Assembly: GCA_965649825.1 (NCBI GenBank)
Contig: OZ287699.1
Location: 772,377-836,376, forward strand
Reading direction: 5' to 3'
Origin: Penicillus capitatus
Lineage: Eukaryota; Plantae; Chlorophyta
Length of the DNA: 64,000 nt
Shown piece by piece: positions 1 through 14,125 of this stretch. Every line of letters starts with the position of its first letter. The first letter of the stretch is position 1. The notes beneath the pieces are model-generated. The model worked only from the letters and a program-made list of their open reading frames with translations, was not told where the DNA came from and did no database searches. A program made the position numbers and the translations under genes.

Positions 1-178
1 TCGGTGCATGACGGCGCAAGTGACCATGCCTCGTTCCAGCACACAGTGTTGAAGACATTTCAGCGAACAAACAAACCCTCACGGATCTTAATCCGTCGGC
101 GTCGATTGTAAGATGGATAAACGCATTCATCGAAGGCATTTGTGACGGGACCATCGAACGACGACATTATTCGCTGAC

Positions 179-1509
179 ATGAATCCTCTCGTGCCAGTGT
201 TTGGGGCCGCTGCGGCGGTTTTGAGCTTTTACGTTGGAATACAGAACCGTTACTTCGCTCCTGACGCTTGTGCGCGTCTTGGAGTGGCACTCAATGAAAG
301 CCTCGTCGGACAACCCTTAGGGACTCGATTGCTGGCGGAGAATATCTGTGCACATCTGGCGGAGAAGTTCCCTCGACGGCCTCTCGTGTTGTCACTACAT
401 GGTGCGCCTGGTGTCGGAAAAACGTACAGCCATGTTATAAGCAAGACAAAGGATGATCCGTTTTCGGATGCCATCGGAACAACGTAGGTGCTCAAGCCAT
501 GTACGGGCACATCGGTGGACGCGATACCACGGTTCGATCCGTGATGCGATCGCTACACACGATCAAGAGAGCCTCACAAAAATGGGTGCCGCTTGTTAAG
601 GAAGCAGGCACTCTTGGTGAAAGCGTCATTGGAAATCCTCTCAAGTGTCCAGGAAGCGGTTGTCCTGCCTACAAAGTGATCTACGGTGAGTGCATGCATA
701 TGGACTGAGAAGTGGCTGGAGAGGTGGCTGGTGTCAATGCAAGGTGTGGATTATATCTCGATGGATCGAACACATCAAAACAGTTTAATTCGAAACTCCA
801 TTTTGAAACACGCCAAGAAGTATCCCGAAAGTCTGATCGTCATCGAGGAGTATGACAAACTCAGCTGTGACACTCGAGCCATGATACGACAGATTCTGCA
901 TCATCCCGAGGTTGACCACGGATGACTGCTGGCTGACAGCGACGATGTGTCATGATGTGACAGGTGGCCAATGTGTCATTGAGCAAGTCCATTGTGCTCT
1001 TGGAAGCGAATCAAGGAATGTTTCCCATTCAGGAACTGCTGATGGATGCTAAGAAACGCGAAGACGTGTCGCCCTATGTGGCACATCATACTCTGAAGGA
1101 ACATATGTATGGTATCTGGACCCAGGCTGGCTGCGAAACTCCTGTCGATGCTGTGCGATTTGGAAACATCATTGACTGCTTCCTACCCTTCTTTCCACTG
1201 GAACGATCGCATATCCGAGAGCTGATCGAGATGAGTCTGGAATCGGCACGGCAGCTGATCTCAAAGGGGTCCCTTCAATGGGACGCCGATTTTATTGAGT
1301 ATTATGTGAACCAAGTGCATTTCGATGGCGCCTATGCGGTGGATGGTGCCATCGATGCAGGACTGGCATACAAGAAAGTCTATGACCTCCTTAGACTGCA
1401 CGAGAAGGATCCACGTGCTCAGAATTGCCGACACGACGAGCTGTACTACGTCCTGATCGTCGACGATGACAACGTCGAGATGCACGTCCGGTGTTTGCGC
1501 AAGAAATGA
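179..1509 (+). CDS. Torsin-family AAA+ ATPase (multi-exon)
   Basis: N-terminal hydrophobic segment; LVLSLHGAPGVGKT (Walker A); LIVIEEYDKL (Walker B); IDCFLPFFPLERSHI resembles torsin IDYFVPFLPLE. Pieces in ORFs 179-487, 686-925 and 964-1509. Confidence 0.75.
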
Positions 1510-1661
1510 AGCAAAGGTCCGTCATCTTGTTTTGGGACAGGAAAGCACGTTTACACCCGAAATTCATTTGCTTGTAGCAACGAAATGCTTTTCACCAAAG
1601 AGGGATGGATAAGATATCATTCAAGTAGAGCAGATGTGTGTACATGACAAAGATATGAAAT

Positions 1662-2463
1662 CTAGAGAAGCTTATCCCTCAGTCTGAGTCTGTAGTCCAG
1701 CAATGAGCGACCATCAGAGAACTGAATATGCTTCCCCGGTTTACGCATTCGCATCCCTGCACACTTTTCAAACTCCGTGCAGCCAACCACGTAGCCACAG
1801 CGTGCGCAGAGGATCCCGTTATTGGCAATCCAACCTTCTGCCATTACCTTATCACGACCGCCACGATACACAACTTTCTCGCCCAGTGTTGCCATACCCA
1901 ATCTCACCAGGTAACTGTCCATCCAGACATACATGAGGCCGTGTGTTCTGAGAAACATACATTGGAGGGGCTTACCCAATGGTTTTAGCAGGACGTGGTA
2001 GGGTTCTCTTCTGGTGAGGATCGCAACGACCTGCTCTCTCTTTCCAGTTCCAAGGGAAATAGAGCTGATCGCCTGTCATCATCATCACATCGGTGCCACA
2101 TCTGTATATAGATAGATGACGGACCAATCTGAGAAAAGGGTAGACGTGAGAGCACAGGGCAAGGATCTGAATTAAGTAGACGTTGAATGTTCTGCTGACA
2201 TCTTCTAACAGCATCTACAGACCTAACCAACAATCATGCCTATCTCCTTCTGTAGTGCCAGCTACGGAATTTCGATGAAACGCGGTGGCATCTCGATTGG
2301 CATAACGCCGGTGGTGCTTCGCGGATTCTACATCACACAGACAATGTGAAATCGTCGATTAGCGGATACGCCGCGTTACAAATTGTGTCGTCGTCGTCGT
2401 CGCCGCCTTTGGAAAGGGTCGACGCAGCACTACGACGTCGTAGGCATTCACGTCGAGCTCCAT
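1662..2463 (-). CDS. Small protein with a Tify/Jas-TPL-binding-like (IDM1-type) Cys/His domain
   Basis: GILCARCGYVVGCTEFEKCAGMRMRKPGKHIQFSDGRSLLD matches the GI-C--C-----FE-HAG...P...I...DGRSL pattern. Start (ATG at 2463) and exon structure are tentative. Confidence 0.6.
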
Positions 2464-2680
2464 CTTGAGCAGCGGGTTCTTGTTGGAAGCAGACGCGTCC
2501 GTTAGACCGCGGCCAATTTGGCCGTCGCGTTTCTCACTCGGCGCAGCGCATTTATCCTATGCAGAATGGACTGACTGTCTTGTGTATGTTTTTGGAAACA
2601 TAGAACGGTTCACATGAAACCCCTCCTCAACATACTCTCCCTGGAACGTCTGACTTAGACTATACACATGCGAGGCGTTA

Positions 2681-3016
2681 TCACACAACGCTACCACCGA
2701 CGGGCGTTACACTGAAAAAGGAACGTCGCGCAGCTCTTCGTCCCGGCACTGAACCTAGACAGGCAGAGGCGGCTGCGTCGAGAGAAGCGCGGACGGCGAG
2801 CAATAGCGAGAGAAGGGGTTGCGAGTTTGACGGAGACGACGTAACGCGCCTGAAACGACACTGAACGTGATAACACGTTTCGCGATTTGACCGGTCGGTG
2901 TCTCTCACCTGAGCGAACCACGTCGTTTCGCGTTGATAGACACGGACAACGACCCCTTCGTTCTCTGCTTCGCCGGGTGCTGTTGTAAAATTCACGTATT
3001 CGCCCAGGATATCCAT
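2681..3016 (-). CDS. Possible small spliced hypothetical protein
   Basis: MDILGEYVNFTTAPGEAENEGVVVRVYQRETTWFAQ followed by GTGAG donor; no family recognised. Confidence 0.2.
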   Translation of the reverse strand: MDILGEYVNFTTAPGEAENEGVVVRVYQRETTWFAQVRDTDRSNRETCYHVQCRFRRVTSSPSNSQPLLSLLLAVRASLDAAASACLGSVPGRRAARRSFFSVTPVGGSVV

Positions 3017-3378
3017 GTCGGTTGAGAGCAGTAGCGAATGTATGGATCAGCCGCGTCGATCGGCAATGAGGTATACCCGAAGCCGTCACATCAGCGTATG
3101 ATAGTGCTGGTTCACAATCGTAATGATACGCAGAAGCTACCGCGTATCCAATCCCTCTTCTAAGGTCGAACATACAGACACCATGGATGACCGACCGCAT
3201 TCCACGATCTCCTGAATCATCGCTGATCCAAGCAGTTAATCTCTTCTGAGTGAGTGAGTCCTTCACAGCCTCCACAACAAACAACGAAACAAGACGCATA
3301 TCCAGGCAGATCGCTGTCTTCAAAACGCATGCATCCAACGAAAACGGCAAAGAGAAAATCCAGGCGTGGTCTTCTTCA

Positions 3379-4179
3379 TCATGCATATCTGTCCAGCTTC
3401 ACGCCCAAACGACGGCCCTCCAATTCGGAGTCATTCAAAACCTCAATGGCTTTGTGTGCTGCCTCAGGCGTTTCAAAACGTACTGTACCCCATCCCTAAG
3501 CATCCACCACCCCTCTTGGCACCCTTCTGTCACATCATGGACGTCGGTTTACTCTGGATCGTCCATCTCTACCCAACACGATGTTCGCATGGGCAGCTCC
3601 GCCGACTTTTTGGTTGAAAAAATCTTTCAGTTCACGCCAGGTAAACTTATAAGGAATGCCGTGAACCACAATCTATGACGCACAAGGATCGCCCCACACG
3701 TCCCTCTCGATGTGCAACGATCGTCACCTGGCATTTTCCAGCGTCGGCAGATTCGTTGCGTGTCTCACGGGCATGATCAATTTGATAGTTCTTCACATCT
3801 CTGTCCTCACGATCTTCACGAACCATCAATGGACGTCCATTCAAATCCACTCCATTCAATTCCTGCACTGCTTTGTATGCCTAGATCCGCAGATTCTCCC
3901 TCTTCATTTCTGGGTGCTATGCACATGCGCCAGCTCACCTCTTCGGGACTCTCAAATTCGACGATTCCCCATCCCCTTGAACGTCCTAAGCATAGCAGCC
4001 GTACATCAAGAGGGGCAGCCTGGCGTCGTGCAACCATCTTCCGTCCGCATGACGTTGGCATAGACGACTTGACCACATTCACGAAACTTATCCTTCAAGT
4101 CTTGCCAGGAGGTTCGCCAGGCCAAATTCCCGACGTAACAACGCTTGCCAATAATGAGCTTGTCTTCGTCGTCGCTCAT
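3379..4179 (-). CDS. GBP1: Two-RRM G-strand/telomere-binding protein (Gbp1-like)
   Basis: MSDDEDKLIIGKRCYVGNLAWRTSWQDLKDKFRECG; GRSRGWGIVEFESPEE; GRPLMVREDRED; second RRM ends GWGTVRFETPEAAHKAIEVLNDSELEGRRLGVKLDRYA*. Confidence 0.85.
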
Positions 4180-4728
4180 CCTGTCGACAGTTTTTCAGTC
4201 AAGTGGACGAAACGACACGGCAAAGTTTCACGCCGACACGAAACACGTCGATGTGCCAGAATGAAAATATAAACAGTGCGACGCGAAGGCATACGTGATC
4301 AGGAAGGAGCCGACGCCCAGAAGAACGACGCTACGGTGTCGAATACGCCGTCGGCATTTATATACGCACCTTTGATAAGTGGTCACTGAGCGTTCAGACT
4401 TGCTTTATCGTTTTCGCACTCGTGCTGCACAATGCCGTTCCCGATTATAATCGTTCGACGGTATAGAACGTGGGCGCAGGAGCCTGTGGTACACTAGCTG
4501 CTGGCCATCCTCGACGGGACGACGTCACATCATACGAAGGAGCATGACTTCATTCAAACGACGACGTCGGCAAAGAGAACGCAATGAGACTTCAAATCCG
4601 GTAGAGATAGGCTTCAATCTTGGACGTCCAAAACGTGAAGAACTCTCACGCATTGTGTCCAAACATAATACGGACAAAACGAGAAGGAACGAACAAAACT
4701 CTTGATCTTCTCAGACGGCCACACATCA

Positions 4729-5546
4729 TCAGACATCCATCGGTCCCTTACCTGTGAACTTCACCTGTTTGCCACACAACGCATCGCACTTCGGTGACTC
4801 GAGTCCACGATTCTTACCGAGACTGGATTTGTGTTCTGGCCGATTCTGCGGGAATTGAAATTGACGCTTTCGCGTCCGGGATTGACCTGGATAGATGCAC
4901 GAGTATGCAAATTGGATAACCATGTCACACTTTCTCATACTTTTTCGGGATAGACACCATCTTTGGGATGCAAGTATTGCACTTCACCCGATGGGAAAAC
5001 GCGATAGAAGCATGCATCTGTCTTGAACTTTGTTCGCAGTTGGGTTGTCAGAGCCAAGCACTGCTCCTTGCGTGCCAGTTTCAGCAAATTGGGACCTGTC
5101 CAACTATCCTTTTGCATTTCACCCAGATCAGGTGAACGGTGTGACCTTTGCGCATGATGGCAGCACCACCTGTAGGCATCTCAAAGATCTGTTCTTTTTT
5201 GCCCTCCCACGTAATCACGTAGAACTCTTCTACCTTCAACGCAACTTCGATCCGATTGGCAAGGGATGGATGATCCTACTTGAGCTTTTCGAAGAAGACC
5301 GCCAGTACTGCCACCGAAAATAGGAGAGGGCGTGGATGGGTCAAGCTTAGGCGGAGTCCATGGAGCTGGTTCGGCTGCCTGGGGTTTCGACGGCTTCGCG
5401 GCTTCTGACGCTTCGGCGCGGACGACGAGTCTCGCGACGTTCTTTCGAAGCGTGACGGGATGTGCGTCGAGTTGCGTGGTGCGGTGTGACGTATGTCGTC
5501 CCGCACGGGCGGCACTGCTCGAAAAATGTGTCAAACTCGACGCCAT
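4729..5546 (-). CDS. psaD: Photosystem I reaction centre subunit II precursor
   Basis: Ser/Arg/Ala-rich transit peptide; [28 protein letters not shown]; [15 protein letters not shown]; [12 protein letters not shown]; [11 protein letters not shown]. Confidence 0.97.
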
Positions 5547-5692
5547 CGTGATCGAAAGGGAAAATCGATGCGGCGACGAAGCGGTCCGGCAGAAACGAAC
5601 AAACGCAAAACGATCTTACCGCGAAATCTCGAACACGTGGAAACGACCATTTTAACGCCCATTATCATCGGTCCTTCTGCACGTCGACGGTG

Positions 5693-6631
5693 ATGGGTAT
5701 CGAAGAAGAGCTCGCCAAATTCCAGTCCGAAATTGCCTCGGGGCCGAACTACTATGTCCAGTCACCCACTTACACTCAAGTCCTCAACGCCTCTGTCTAC
5801 GAAGAGGGTAGAATGTTTGAAGACAGAGTCTTGGAGCGACACCACAGGTCCATACACTTGTGGACCCAGTGATGGGCACGACAATGGACAACGTGGGTTT
5901 CTATCCTTACCCACAAGGTGAGCACGATGGGTGCTGTCAGCCGTTCATCATACAATGGGAGTGCTCAGGTGTTCCGGCTCCTCCTTCGATGGCACCTCCC
6001 CCTCAATTGGCGCCGCCTCAGACACACAAAGTACTAAAGAGTCGAAAGAGACAGTTGGATGTGACGAATGCCATTCCTCGACAAGCAGCAGGTGATGGTT
6101 CTGCCTGGAATGCGATGCGAGATGGATCTGTCTACTAGGCGTCAAATGGTTGGATCCAAATCTCAAAGAATGGCCAGAGAATGACTATCGCATCTTTGTT
6201 GGAGACTTGGGGAATGAAGTGAATGATGATATGCTGACGAAAGCGTTCTCATCCTTCAATTCATTCAACAAAGCAAAGGTCAGCTCAGTCCCTCGTCCTC
6301 GCCGACCATACGATTCAAACAGAGATGGATGTCTGTAGGTGATTCGATGTCACCGAACGGGGAAATCTAGGGGATATGGATTTGTGAGCTTCGGGGAAGC
6401 TATTGATTTTGCAACGGCTCTGAAAGAAAAGCAAGGGAGTTACATCGGGAATAGGTTTCTCCACATCCCATCATCTCATACCTCGTCAGGGTGTTCAATG
6501 TTAGACCCTGCAAATTGCGCAAGAGTATATGGAAGGAGAAGAATGATCCGAACCCACTAAAGAAATTCAAGAAGAAGGCTGACAAAAAAGGAAGTGGAGG
6601 TCGTATTGCTGGAAGCATCTTACATAAGTGA
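5693..6631 (+). CDS. RBM42: RNA-binding protein 42-like (single RRM)
   Basis: DPNLKEWPENDYRIFVGDLGNEVNDDMLTKAF; RTGKSRGYGFVSF; QGSYIGNR; Lys-rich C-terminus. Confidence 0.88.
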
Positions 6632-6662
6632 CAGCTCTATCGTCTTCTTCCAATGTACGGTT

Positions 6663-8283
6663 CTATTCTTGTTTGTCTTTCTCATGGAACTTGTCCTTTG
6701 CATGGATCAAGAGTGCCATGAGGACGATCAGCCACGTCGCTATCAGCAGATTAATTGAGAAATAGAAATTTGCATTGGCGGATTCGGTTTGCACCCATTC
6801 GTGCCACATCGCTGGCTCCAGAACGCACAGCAATGACCCCGTCACGATCATGAACCACCACCACTCAACCGTCTCCAGAACTCCTTGGTGGGAAAACAAC
6901 AACACCTAAGGGCACCAGCAACGTGTTATGGCTAAAGACAGACGCATGTGACAGGCAGACGGTGATGAGTGCATAGTCAGCAACTGTGGGGTAGGGTTTG
7001 AATATAGCATGTGTCATTGCCTGGAGCATGATGATAAAGAGTGGCGATCGCGAGTAGACGATGCAGAATGGTATGAGGAATATGGCACTGGCCGAATGGA
7101 AGACAACGAGAAAGAAAGGACGATAGAATGGGAACATCTCTGTGAAGAAATACCACCATAAGCCGAGATTGGGCGTCAGATCTGTCGCCTACACGTAACG
7201 AAGAGGGCACTTCATCATCGTCCTGCTGTTGGACAGACTTTGAGGACGAATCCATACGACTCTGTCATCCAATGTCGACCGTGTGGACTGATATCTTCAT
7301 AGACAGGCGTCAAGATATCTGCACAGACAACACACATTGCCAAAGTCACAGAAGGTCGCACTACTGTGATCATGTGATGTGACATCTGAGATCAAGGGGA
7401 TCCACGCATCCATCCGATGATCTGGAAACTGGTTTAGATAAGCGTGTGACAGAATGGATAATCCCATCAAAGAGAAACAGAGCCATGCCATAAAGGCAAC
7501 GCCATCGTACCATTGTTTTCTGCTCTTTTGGGTAACCATCAACATGATGGGAAGCTACATGAAGTCCATACATACAATCGTTGTGGAACCCACGTCTTAT
7601 TCGGGTTCGGGGTCTTACTGCGAACAGGATGGGATGCAAGCCAATGTAAATGGCGCCAGACAACGCACAGGCTGCTAATATGATGCGATGTGACAGAGCG
7701 CCGTAGACGGAGAGGATGACAAGGAGATTCTCAATACTCCCAACACAACAGCCGACACTGCTCATAATTGTAAAGGGATTCAACAGATAGATACTCGATA
7801 GGGACACTGCATAACAGATGATGCCTTCAGACGAGATCTCCTCCTACTCGTCTGCCTACCTACCTGTTGTGCTCAGGCGTTTCTGCACGTGTGTCAGAAT
7901 CCATGCGGCCAATAAATCTGCCAAAACGAAAGGCACCGTACAAAATGTATCGCGTGGACTCGTATAGGAGAGCAGAGGCAGGAGCAGAGGAGCTCCATGA
8001 TAAGACCACCCCTCATAAGGACTCTTCCCCTGTCCCATCAAAAACAGAGCTGAACATTGCAGACGTGACGTCTGCTCTGTCAGCCAGGGTTCTCAGACGA
8101 TGCTTGCCTTCGCGAATGCGATCCAGACTATGAACTGGAGAAGCGACCTCCGCCCGCCTGACGTCAGTGATCAAGAGCGTATCGACATGTCCTGTCTTAC
8201 GTCGTTATGCGAGATGCCATCGAGGACATTGCCAATGAGAGGCGCAAGGAGAGAGCGAGGAGTGTCTGTCGGACGTCAGGCAT
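6663..8283 (-). CDS. PIGU: GPI transamidase subunit PIG-U
   Basis: RAEVASPVHSLDRIRE/ALFLMGQGKSPYEG; YLLNPFTIMSSVG; LTPNLGLWWYFFTEMF; IFKPYPTVAD; ANANFYFS. Many short introns. Confidence 0.9.
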
Positions 8284-8343
8284 TTCGGCTGGAGACACGT
8301 GTGATGACTGACGGGCCAGAGATGGATGATGTGACATCTCGGG

Positions 8344-9090
8344 TCATGTCCATGCGAAAGACTCAGGACGAATGTGGCGACGTCGACGTCTGATAGTGAA
8401 ATTGATGTGACAGGTACTTTGAGTGCTCTGTTTATGGAATCTGATCTCTACAAAGCGAAGCAAACGACATGTGGATTGGAATAGATGATTAGAGACTCTC
8501 TCCCTCGCGAAGAACATCTTTTTGCTACAAGTACCCACCTCGTCGCATCTTAAATGAAGCCAGTCATGTGCGCACAACAACATCTGCAGAGACAGGTCAT
8601 AAGCAAATCCCCGACATGTCAACACCGAAAGTCATATCACCCTTCAATTCTCCAACCCCCGTCCAGTCAAACACAGAATCCAGTTAGACGAGTTTAGCGA
8701 TTATTACTGTCGCTCAGCAGAAGTGTTGCTGTCTGCAGAATGAGAAGGTCTGCCAGATGGATGCTCTCTTGGATACGGAGATCTCTTCTCACCCAGCAAG
8801 GCATGGCGCACATGTGCCGTCATTCACCAGAGATGTTCTCTTTCACATGGAATGGCACTTAAACCAATGACATGATGTCTCTGCAATGGACCAACTGCAT
8901 AATAATGTGATATCCACTCTTGAAAGATTTCTGTCCAGAACAACGATGACTTTGATCCAGAATGTCACTCTGCTGTCTCTTTAGGCACACACGGTCGAGC
9001 TTCTTCGGCGCCCTTTTTCAAATGTCTCTCGAGTGTTCGCCTAAACGTTAGGGCACCCCGAAAAAGAGAAATGCAGAAGAATATAAGACG
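8344..9090 (-). CDS. Possible separate hypothetical gene between PIGU and the DDB1-like gene
   Basis: Protein-like fragments (LCAHDWLHLRCDEVG; signal-peptide-like MKPRQRLIFFCISLF) but no coherent gene model. Confidence 0.2.
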
Positions 9091-9189
9091 CTGTCGTGGC
9101 TTCATTCAGTGGTGAAGAATACATAGCTTATGTTAAACCATTTCTAACAGCTTGCTGGAAGAATAAGCGAAAAAAGAAAAGGTGCTAAT

Positions 9190-12100
9190 TCATGAAAAAC
9201 AAAATGTGAGGTAGGAAGCGTGCTGTTCGTCATCGTACTCTTGACATTGTTCCATGTGTGGTCTCTCATCCGTTGCGGACTCCCGATTCGTGCCGATGAG
9301 CCTTTTGTGAAGTTTAGGTGAAACGTCTGACGACATCTGTGCCACGCAGTATATCGTTCCGAGCTCACTCGAAACCACAAAGGTGTGACCATCCTCCTCC
9401 TCCTCTCCTGCAGACCATAATGACTTCAGGGCACAGAAAGACAATGACTTACGATGATGATCCTCGAAGAGGCATTGGACGTATTCGCTCACTCCATTCA
9501 ACGCATCCGTTGATCTCAAAGCTGTGAGATGTGTTTTGAGAGGGATTGCCAGACCCTCTTTGAGATTCTTCTCAGATGATGCTGGGGCTTCCAGGGTGGA
9601 AGTGAAGAAGATGACATTGCCACGGTTGTCAATTGCAGCAATTCTGCCATCACGATTCATGTGAATATCGACGATGCCTCTCGCGTGTTTGCCAGATCCC
9701 ACATGCTATGGCACAGAAACAGGCAGATGAATAGATCACTCCACTGTGTATGCAGCATCTCACTTCGAGTTTGTCGGGGAATGACGGCGTCTGCGGATGC
9801 GTGAATTTATAAAGGATGACGGAGTTAAAGTCATCCCCGGTGGCGACAGTACTGCGACAAACATGAATAGCTGTTGCCGGATCGCGAATCGGCAACCAGT
9901 TTGGGCTTTTCTCCCATCGACCATTATGAATGTGATAGGGGACGAGTCGTGAACCAACTCCCACCATCAAGACGCTCTCATTAAACGGAGCTAGACAGCT
10001 GACTGGATCCGGCAGGCGGCGAAATGCCAGTTGACTCATTCGACTTTGTAATCCATGATCCTCTTCTGAGATCTTTATGCGTAAGAGTCGCAGTGTCCCT
10101 CGCTCCACAGCTTCGAGGGATACATCAGAACATGTCTCTTTTCCTGTCCCGACGGCAAGGAGAATGGTATCGGCTGTGAAAACTGGCCAGGATGGCAAAA
10201 GATCTCCTTCTGGGCAACGAGGAGTGGACACATCTGAGGGACAGGAGGTAAATGAACGGCAACATGTCAATGCTGCAGCCATGCCTCGCACTGTTTTCAT
10301 ATAGTTTCGAATTCTGAAGTCTGAGCGCTCTGCTGCACTTATATCCTCTCTGTCCCTGTCACTACACACATGACAATCCTATCCTCACAACGACCACACA
10401 ACCGAACGCACTTTCTCGTGGTTTCCGATAAAGGGAGATCCGCTGCGGTCGTCGAGGACGATCCAGAGGTCGACCACAGCGAAGCGGCCGAAACAAACTC
10501 CTCTGGCTTTGCTTTGTAACAGAGATGCAGTGTTCTCTGTCTTATGTCGATAAGATAGATCCCTGATAGCTTGGAGATGCCAAGTATTTGATGTCGACGA
10601 GGAAGCTGAATAAGTTTCTCGATGGGCTGATCTGTTGTAATCGACTGAATCTGCCGAGGTATATTTGCCATATGAAGCATCCCATTCACATCTGCATACA
10701 CAAAGAGATAACGCATGCGCTCTCCATTGCAACAGTACTCCAAGATCTCTGGCAATTCAATCGCACTCTTCTTTTCATCTTCTCTCCAGAGCATCAAATC
10801 TGAAGCAGTTGTCAGAACTGTGCAGCATTTGATGTGTGACGGAAGATTGATCTGCTTTATGGTTCCGATCTGGCAGCAGCAGGTTATGGATGTCGAGGGA
10901 CGAGGCACGTTCATTCTTAAAAGGAAACTGCGATTGGAGTAAGCCAAAACGAGATCTGGTCGGATCTGCTCCAGATGGACAGGTAATACGCCAACCTGCA
11001 TCATTCTTCTCATGGAGGCGCCCTTCCATCCTTCATGTACACTGTATTCCCCCAGCACTCCATTTCTGAATCCCACCAACAAACAAGGCGTACATTGTTT
11101 GTCCGAATGTCCCATCACGACAATGCTTTCTGGAACAGGGAGCTCCTGCCTGTCAAAGCGCGTTGCATCAAGTGCAGAGCATTCTATATTTAGTTGAGAT
11201 CCGTCGTAAAGATCTTCTCCTTTGATTGACCACAGATGCCAACAGGATTTCTTGCTGGTACATAAGAGGAAGACTTCGATGGACGAGGAATATGTTCCCA
11301 TGATGCACAACATCTTTCCTGTTGTTCCATCGACGGTTAAGATCATACACGAGGGATGCATGTCTTCTGTTTCTGCTGACAAGAGTGTTTTCAGCCGCAC
11401 TGTGGAGCGGCTGCGTTTTCTTGGCTGATGGCTCAATCCATGTTGCAAGACGTCTTCAAGCTCTAGCAGAATCAGCGATGATGTTGTGCTGCTGAACAAA
11501 CACACAGCCTCGTCAAAGGCTGCTGCGCACATGATGTGTTCTAGTCTGGTGTTTTTCTCTGGTTTGCGTCCCCAGAAGGTGAGATCGAGGAAACCTCGAG
11601 GCGTCAACGACGATCCATCGTGGCCATTTGGCAGATCTCGCTGTGCCGTAGAGTACCAAATACTCTCCGGTCCTTCGCTCCCTGATGTCGTCGATTTCTC
11701 TGAGAATTTCAACACGGAACTCAGTTGCTGGGCATTGAAATTGCTGAACGACCTAAAAGCACAACAGATGTCTAAACACAACAAGACTGCTTGCTCTGAA
11801 GTCAATACAGTTACCATCTTCGTGGAGTCGCCTCACAGTCCATCTCGTCGGTAGCTAGACTCGAACTGGAGATGTGTTTGTTGTGCAGAGATGGCTTTTC
11901 TGTTTTGTTATCCTCGGACATTCTCATTGCACAGAGGGCCACTCTTGATGGTGTGACCTGTACGAAGAAACTGTGATTGAGTGCAGCACAATGGATCGTC
12001 GGTTCGTTCCTGAGAATTCCCATCAAATGCGTTCCATCAATAAAAACGCCATCTGCACAGCAGCAGCAACAGCATTTCAGATAAAATAAAAGCAGAGGGC

Positions 12101-13940
12101 ATACACAGAGTAGTAACCTTTGAAAATAAGAATGCGTGTTTCGTCAAGAAAGGATGCCACGATGAACTCTCGGGACTGCAGACGATTTGAGGGTCGGATT
12201 TTCCACAGACGCGTGAGACACTTAAATTGCGGACTGAGACAGAGATCTTCTGTCATGATGCCAGAGCTCATGATCTTGACAGATGCAGCGCTCTCATCTG
12301 GTGATGCGGTATAGAAAACACGTCCCGTTTCATTGTCTGCGTTTCGTCGGATGAGCAGGTCTCGGATCGATCCAGAATTCTCCAGAATTTGTGTTCTCTG
12401 ATACTGAATGTCGCTTCCTTTATGCAGGGGAGACAATAAGAAGTGATCAAGATTGAACGAATAGAAAAACAGATTCCCACGTGGCAAACAACAAAGCCGG
12501 TGCCCCGGTGAAAGGCAAGGCGTTCCGTGCACGACCCCCTTCAAAAGTGTCCTCCATTCCGTATGCGACTGGGAACGCTGGAAAGTCACGTGGATCGTCT
12601 TGATCACTCCATCATCCAGACAGAGTCTCAAGGATGCCTTTCGCCACATGTCATCCAGACACTTTTCCTCCTGTCTGATTCCATAGTCGAAGGAGAGGAT
12701 TCGATGAAGTGCATTTTCATGTAGATGGCCTCGAGGTTTCTCTGATGCCAATGACACGTCCTCTCCACAACACGAATGCCTTTCGAATAGGAACTCCCTC
12801 ACAAGCTGCACAGGAACTCTGTTGTGGTGAACAGGTCCAGCCGCCGGCCACATCATAGCAATGTGCTTCACTTCCAACTCTTTGGTCTTCCTCTCGGAGT
12901 ACAGAACATGAAAATCCAAGATACAAACTGCTCTTCTGCATACCAGCATTGCCCCTGAAGCTCAGGAGATATGTGCGAGAGCTTCAAGTTGGAGGAAAGT
13001 ACCAAAAGGGTGTTGTGGAATGGGAAGAAGCGCACGCGGAGGACCATGGTCCTGATTCCATACGCCAAAGTCCTTATTCCAGACACTACTAATGGGTATA
13101 GGCATCGTCAATGTCAAATCGATAGCGCTTTTGCATAAGGCCTCATCGTCTCCTCTGTGGCAGTCATAGATGCACACGAGGTGGTCCTCTTCGGTTCTAC
13201 ACTCAGAACCAACCGTCGACGTGATGAACGTGTCTCTCGAGCGAAGTGTGTTCGCTCACTTGATCAAGAAAGAAAGATAATGCGATTTCGTGGCAGGATT
13301 GCGTGCAAAGAAACGCACAGAGAGAATAGACATTATAGAAGAGGGTAATCTGCCACACCGTACATGGCCACTTGGATAACGAATGACAGCAAATTGCCGA
13401 GAGCTGTCGGAGGCAACAACCATATCTCCAGTTTCCTCACAGACACTGAGATACGTTGCATTTGGCACCATATCTACACAGCCCATCCCATTCGAGGTCG
13501 ATGGATCGTCGATGATGGATGCGGCGAACGCACTTTTTAGACAGGATTGCATGATCGGAATGAAAAGCTGTCGGTCGTGATCGTAACGCAACACGATGAC
13601 GCAGTCTTGGGAAGTAAGCATGGCTAACAGATCGTTGTCCTGAGGATGGATGTGTACAGTATGGTGTGGCTCGAGTTACACGGAGTGTCACTTTTTGAAT
13701 GGTTCCCTGCGCGGGATGGAGAGTCTTGATAACGTGTGCCCTTTCCGTGAGTGTTTGTTGACGGCAGTAGTTAAGCCAATGGCGTTCTCCCGTCGGAGTC
13801 TCATGGAATTCCAAGTTGCGACACTCGAGAAGACAGTCTTTGAGAAGAACGACATTGACGCCGTGACTCTCCCAGAAATGGCCGAAGCAAACATCCAAAA
13901 CCGCGCCACTGTGAATCAATTTACGACAGCAATGCACCAT
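9190..13940 (-). CDS. Large DDB1/CPSF160/SF3B3-family triple beta-propeller protein (plant RSE1-like CPSF-A family)
   Basis: N-terminus CCRKLIHSGAVLDVCFGHF...VVLLKDCLLE; LENSGSIRD; LWKIR...FIVASFLDETRIL; LMVGVGSRL; VATGDDFNSVILY. Long ORFs 12077-12949, 10339-11817, 9650-10369, 9190-9702. Confidence 0.72.
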
Positions 13941-14125
13941 CACGTTCGGTATGTGTATAAGTCGTGTCCAACAAAACCACAACGATTCGCGCAATCTAAA
14001 CACGGCACTTCGTGATGTGACGGACAGACACACACACAGACGTACACACAACCATGGTCCATTCAAAGGCGCTCATTGCTGCCAAACAAGAGACACAGGT
14101 ATCGTTGGTACGGCATGACGTGCGA

